From contig CBIHOB010000010.1 in the NCBI GenBank assembly GCA_966211605.1, positions 12,249-76,248 on the forward strand: a DNA stretch of 64,000 nucleotides, written 5' to 3'. The stretch is from an uncultured Caulobacter sp. (GTDB lineage: Bacteria; Pseudomonadota; Alphaproteobacteria; Caulobacterales; Caulobacteraceae). Below, piece by piece: positions 60,126 through 64,000 of this stretch. The notes beneath the pieces are model-generated. The model was not told the origin of the DNA. It searched no databases and saw only the letters and a list, made by a program, of their open reading frames with translations. Each line of letters starts with the position of its first letter. Position 1 is the first letter of the stretch. Both the position numbers and the translations under genes were made by a program.

Positions 60126-61937
60126 CTAGCGCACCGAGGTCCATGGCCGGCTGAGCAGCACCGCGCAGTTGATCAGGCCAACCAGGGAGTAGGTCTGGGG
60201 ATAGTTGCCCCACAGCTCTCCGTCGGCGAAGCCGATGTCTTCGGACAGCAGACCGGCGCCCGTGCGGCGCGACAGCATGTCCTCGAACAGCTCGCGCGCT
60301 TCCTCGGTGCGGCCCGCCAGGTGCAGCGCCTCGATCAGCCAGAAGGTGCAGATGTTGAACGCCGTCTGCGGCGAGCCGAAGTCGTCTGGAATGGCGTAGC
60401 GCAGCAGATAGGCCCCGCGGCGCAGGCCGTCCTCGATCGCCGCCAGGGTGGCGACGTTGCGCGGGTCGTCGGGCTTGTGGAAGCGCAGGTCGACCAGCTG
60501 CAGCAACGAGGCGTCCAGCGTGTCGCCTTCGAAGGTGGCCGAGAAGCGGCCCAGTTCGGCGTTCCAGGCCCGATCCTCGATGGTCTTGCGCATCCGGGCG
60601 GCGCGGCCGTTCCAGAAGGCGGCCTTTTCGGTCAGGCCCAGCTTCTCGGCGGCGTTGCCCAAGCGGTCGCAGGCGGCCCAGCACATCGCCGAGGAATAGG
60701 TGTGGACATTGGCCCGGCCGCGGAACTCCCACAGGCTGGCGTCCGGCTGGTCGTGCAGCTTGAAGGCGCGCTCGCCCACGGGTTCCAGGGCCTCGAAATC
60801 CTCGACCGTCGCCGGCCGCAGCAGGCGCTCATCGAAGAAGGCCTGCACCGTCGAGAGGATGATCTGGCCGTAGACGTCGTGCTGCAGGTGCTCGAAAGCC
60901 TGATTGCCGACCCGTACCGGCCCCATGCCCCGATAGCCGGGCAGGTCGGGGGCGAAGCGCTCGGTCAGAACCTCCTCGAAGCCGACCCCGAACAGCGGCT
61001 GGATGTGCCCGCCGGCCGCCCGGTCGACGATGTTGCGCAGATAGCCGAGGTAGTTCTCCAGGATATCGACCGCGCCCAGCCGGTTCAGGGCCTGGACCAC
61101 GTAGTACGCGTCGCGCAGCCAGCAGTAGCGGTAGTCCCAGTTGCGGCCGCTGTCGGCGTGCTCGGGGATCGAGGTGGTCAGGGCCGCGACGATGGCCCCC
61201 GTCTCCTCGTGCATGCAGAGCTTGAGGGTGATGGCGGCGCGGATCACCGCCGTCTGGTAGTCGAGCGGCACGGCCAGGCCGCGCACCCAATGCTTCCAGT
61301 AGGCTTCGGTCTCGCGCAGCATCCGCTCGCAGGTCGGGCCTACCGCCGCCTCGAAGCCCTCGTCCGCGCCCAGATACATGGCGATCGGCTGCTCCAGGCG
61401 GAACGTGCGCTCTTCGAGGATGTGTGAGACCGGCGCGTCGGTGGTCAGCCGCAGCGTCATGTCCGAACACAGATAGCGGATGTGGTGCGAGCCGCGCGTG
61501 TGCTCGGCGACCTTGGCTCCCCAACCGGCCGTGGGGCGCAGGCGCAGGGTGACGCGCGCCACGCCGACGATCGGGCGGATCAGACGGATGAAGGCGGTGG
61601 GCCGAAAGGTGCGGCCGAATTGCAGGTAGCGCGGGGCAAAGTCCAGGATCTCGATCCGCGCGCCGTCCTCGTCGGCGATCTCGGTGCGCAGGATCGGCGT
61701 GTTGCGGATATAGCCCTGGCGGACCTCGGCGCGACGATCGACCTGGACGTCCCACAGGCCCTTGGCCGCCTCGCCGTCGGGATCGGCGTCATCCAGCAGG
61801 GCGCTGAACACGGGATCGGAGTCCACGCGCGGGGCGCAGCCCCAGACGAAGCGGCCTTCGGTGTCGATCAGCGCGCTGACCGCGCAGTTGCCGATCGGAA
61901 AGAGGTCGAGCGTCTTCTTGTGCAAGCTTTCACCCAT
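60126..61937 (-). CDS. Glycoside hydrolase family 15 protein (glucoamylase/trehalase-type)
   Basis: 603 aa. The (alpha/alpha)6-barrel motifs are present (NWDYRYCWLRDA, LWEFRG, YPQTYSLVGLI). Confidence 0.88.
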   Translation of the reverse strand: MGESLHKKTLDLFPIGNCAVSALIDTEGRFVWGCAPRVDSDPVFSALLDDADPDGEAAKGLWDVQVDRRAEVRQGYIRNTPILRTEIADEDGARIEILDFAPRYLQFGRTFRPTAFIRLIRPIVGVARVTLRLRPTAGWGAKVAEHTRGSHHIRYLCSDMTLRLTTDAPVSHILEERTFRLEQPIAMYLGADEGFEAAVGPTCERMLRETEAYWKHWVRGLAVPLDYQTAVIRAAITLKLCMHEETGAIVAALTTSIPEHADSGRNWDYRYCWLRDAYYVVQALNRLGAVDILENYLGYLRNIVDRAAGGHIQPLFGVGFEEVLTERFAPDLPGYRGMGPVRVGNQAFEHLQHDVYGQIILSTVQAFFDERLLRPATVEDFEALEPVGERAFKLHDQPDASLWEFRGRANVHTYSSAMCWAACDRLGNAAEKLGLTEKAAFWNGRAARMRKTIEDRAWNAELGRFSATFEGDTLDASLLQLVDLRFHKPDDPRNVATLAAIEDGLRRGAYLLRYAIPDDFGSPQTAFNICTFWLIEALHLAGRTEEARELFEDMLSRRTGAGLLSEDIGFADGELWGNYPQTYSLVGLINCAVLLSRPWTSVR

Positions 61938-62149
61938 GATGCGGCCCCGTGCGAGCGCTGCGGCGCGCTCCTCGTTTTGAGTGAAACCAACGGTGTGGCT
62001 TGCGGGTTCCTGTTCTCGAAAAACGTCGTCGCCAGGGTTGGGGAAGGCTCGCCTTTCGCGCTACTCGCGTTGACGCAAACGGCCGTACCGGCCATCTGGA
62101 ATCCTTAACGCGGCTCGGCCGCGCGTGTGTGGCGGGCTGTTCGACGGTG

Positions 62150-63631
62150 ATGCGATTTACGAGATCCTGCGGCGTCCTGGCGGCGGCGATGAGCCTGCTT
62201 TCCCTGGAAGCCGCGCAGGCCCAATCGCAGCGTCCGCCCCTGGCTGGCGGCCGACCCGTTCAAGCCGCGCCGCAGCAGGCCGTGCCGATGGTCCCGACGC
62301 GGCCGTCGGTGTTCCAGGCCGATCCGTTCGCCATCCAGCTGCGCAACGATCAGGTCGACCTGCTGCGCCGCGTGCTGGGCGACGCCTATACCCACGGCTT
62401 CGAGGTCGGAGCCTTCGCGCCTGAGAAAGCGCAGAATCAGGCCCAGCTGATCGGCCTGACCCTGGCCTACGCAAAGGCCGTCCGCACCGGTCGTCTGCCC
62501 GCCAGCGGCTTCATGAACGAGTGGGGTCTGCGCCCCGCGCCGTACGATCCGACGATCGACTTCATCAACGCCGTGCAGCAGGACCGCCTGGCCGAGTGGC
62601 TGGACACGTTGCCGCCGCCCTATACCGGCTATCAGACCCTGCGCGGAGGTCTGGCGACCTATCGCGACATCGCCGCCCGTGGCGGCTGGAAGCCGCTGGC
62701 GCCGGGACCGGATCTGAAGCAGGGCGCGACCGGCGCCCGGGTCGTGGCGCTGGAAGCCCGCCTGGCCGCCGAGGATCCGACCATCGCCGTCGACGGCGCC
62801 CCGATCTTCGACGCCGCCCTGACCCAGGCCGTGCAGCGGGCCCAGAAGCGCTTCGGCCTCAATCCGACCGGCGTCGTCGGAACGGCCACCCTGAACGCCC
62901 TGAACACGCCGGTCGAGCAGCGCATCGACCAGATCGTCGCCAACATGGAGCGCTGGCGCTGGCTGCCCCAGACCCTGCCGGCCGACCGCATCCAGGTGAA
63001 CGTCGCCGCCGCCATCCTGTCGGTGTTCAGCCACGACACTCCGACCCTGACCATGCGCGCGGTCACCGGCCGTCCGGGCGACGAGACGCCGATGCTGTCG
63101 TCGATGATCCACTCGATCGTCCTGAACCCGCCGTGGAACGTCCCCTCGTCGATCGCCGCCAAGGAGCTATGGCCCAAGGAGCGGGCCAGCCCGGGCTATC
63201 TGCGCCGCAACGACTTCATCGTCATCCCGACCGGCGACGGCGGCTCGCGCCTGCAGCAGAAGGCCGGCCCCAAGGCGGCGCTGGGCCAGGTGAAGTTCGA
63301 TTTCAACAATCCCTACGGCGTGTATCTGCACGACACGCCCAGCCGCTCGAAGTTCGACAGCTTCAGCCGGCTGGCCAGCCACGGCTGCGTGCGCCTGCAA
63401 AAGCCGATCGAGCTGGCCAAGGCGCTGATGGCCGGCGACCCGCTGTGGACGCCGGAAAAGATCGACGCGACCCTGGCCTCGGGCGACACCGTCCGGGCCA
63501 AGCTGCCGCAGCAGATCGCGGTTTTCCTGCTCTATTGGACGGCCTACGTGACCCCAGACGGGCAGGTCAATTTCCGCCAGGATCCTTATGGCTGGGATCG
63601 CGAACTGGTGCAGCGTATCGCCGCACTGTGA
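62150..63631 (+). CDS. L,D-transpeptidase (YcbB/LdtD-like) with a peptidoglycan-binding domain
   Basis: 493 aa from ATG 62150. The signal peptide is MRFTRSCGVLAAAMSLLSLEAAQA. PG_binding_1 is present (GATGARVVALEARLA...LTQAVQRAQKRFGL). The YkuD catalytic motif is YLHDTP...ASHGCVRL. Confidence 0.9.
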   Translation: MRFTRSCGVLAAAMSLLSLEAAQAQSQRPPLAGGRPVQAAPQQAVPMVPTRPSVFQADPFAIQLRNDQVDLLRRVLGDAYTHGFEVGAFAPEKAQNQAQLIGLTLAYAKAVRTGRLPASGFMNEWGLRPAPYDPTIDFINAVQQDRLAEWLDTLPPPYTGYQTLRGGLATYRDIAARGGWKPLAPGPDLKQGATGARVVALEARLAAEDPTIAVDGAPIFDAALTQAVQRAQKRFGLNPTGVVGTATLNALNTPVEQRIDQIVANMERWRWLPQTLPADRIQVNVAAAILSVFSHDTPTLTMRAVTGRPGDETPMLSSMIHSIVLNPPWNVPSSIAAKELWPKERASPGYLRRNDFIVIPTGDGGSRLQQKAGPKAALGQVKFDFNNPYGVYLHDTPSRSKFDSFSRLASHGCVRLQKPIELAKALMAGDPLWTPEKIDATLASGDTVRAKLPQQIAVFLLYWTAYVTPDGQVNFRQDPYGWDRELVQRIAAL

Positions 63632-63703
63632 TCCTGCTCAGCTTGCTTTCTTAACATTCTTGCGGTGTCCTTCCCGACCTGAGTGTCGGGTAAGGGCGTA
63701 CGC

Positions 63704-64000
63704 ATGCATCGACGTAAGCTGCTCCAGTGGGGGCTGGGCGCTATCGGAGCGGGGCTTGTTCCCCTTGCCGCGCGGGCTGATGACGACATCATCGGCGCGA
63801 TCCTCGAGGGAAAACTGCCGGCGACGCCGGCGGTTCCCACCGCGCCTGTCGCCTTGCGGCCGACGCCGGTCGAGACGCCAATTGTAAAGTCCGCAAGTCC
63901 GCTTTCCGGCGCGGTGGTCGAGCCGCGCTGGGTGAAGCTGCGCAACATCCACACCGACGAGAAACTGGAAGCCGTCTACTGGGAGAATGGCCAGTATGTT
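63704..64000 (+). CDS. DUF882 (YcbK/M15-like) protein, 5' part only (runs off the window)
   Basis: ATG at 63704 gives MHRRKLLQWGLGAIGAGLVPLAARA, a Tat-like signal. The sequence ...RWVKLRNIHTDEKLEAVYWENGQYV is the typical DUF882 N-terminal motif. The frame is open to the window end. The ycbB-ycbK-type pairing is classical. Confidence 0.75.
   Translation, partial: MHRRKLLQWGLGAIGAGLVPLAARADDDIIGAILEGKLPATPAVPTAPVALRPTPVETPIVKSASPLSGAVVEPRWVKLRNIHTDEKLEAVYWENGQYV

Overview
This is a high-GC (about 67%) chromosomal segment that looks Caulobacter-like (Alphaproteobacteria). That call rests on protein content, REP-like repeats translating as 'VIPAKAGT', and gene order as I remember it for C. crescentus around tipN and ppc. 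I could not run any search. I found about 50 protein-coding genes and no rRNA, tRNA, CRISPR array, transposase, integrase or prophage genes.

Contents from left to right:
- Housekeeping genes: a degP-like 3' fragment, rarA, two pseudouridine synthases, crcB, an ATP12-family gene, ynfA, pccB, metG and cysD-cysNC.
- A DUF1800/DUF1501 pair.
- A TipN-like polarity protein and a small sugar-phosphate transferase.
- A hexuronate/KDG catabolic cluster: uxaA, a mannitol-dehydrogenase-family reductase, a LacI regulator, uxaC-kduI-kduD, ppc, eda-kdgK.
- A DUF1244 gene overlapping a membrane-anchored LuxR-type regulator, then pip and two secreted proteins.
- A Phd/VapC toxin-antitoxin pair and a CPA2 antiporter.
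- A KaiC-like double ATPase overlapping a hybrid histidine kinase.
- A minus-strand block: MhpD-like hydratase, ExuT, Gfo/Idh/MocA oxidoreductase, PQQ sugar dehydrogenase, Trp-halogenase-like protein.
- A GAF hybrid kinase and an orphan BlaI-family repressor.
- otsB-otsA, a TonB-dependent receptor and a GH15 hydrolase.
- An L,D-transpeptidase followed by a 3'-truncated DUF882 gene.

Most notable non-obvious signals:
1. A 15-bp motif (TGGTAACCGGTGTCA) occurs five times. It links the hexuronate genes to the hydratase-exuT operon about 20 kb away.
2. Four tandem UUCG-hairpin terminator units sit directly upstream of the KaiC-like/kinase module.
3. A roughly 370-nt structured leader with a terminator-like hairpin precedes eda-kdgK.
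4. A 0.8-kb non-coding gap carries inverted hairpin repeats.
5. Repeated palindromes occur at the toxin-antitoxin promoter and at the BlaI promoter.

The many very long ORFs antisense to real genes are GC-driven shadow ORFs, and I rejected them.
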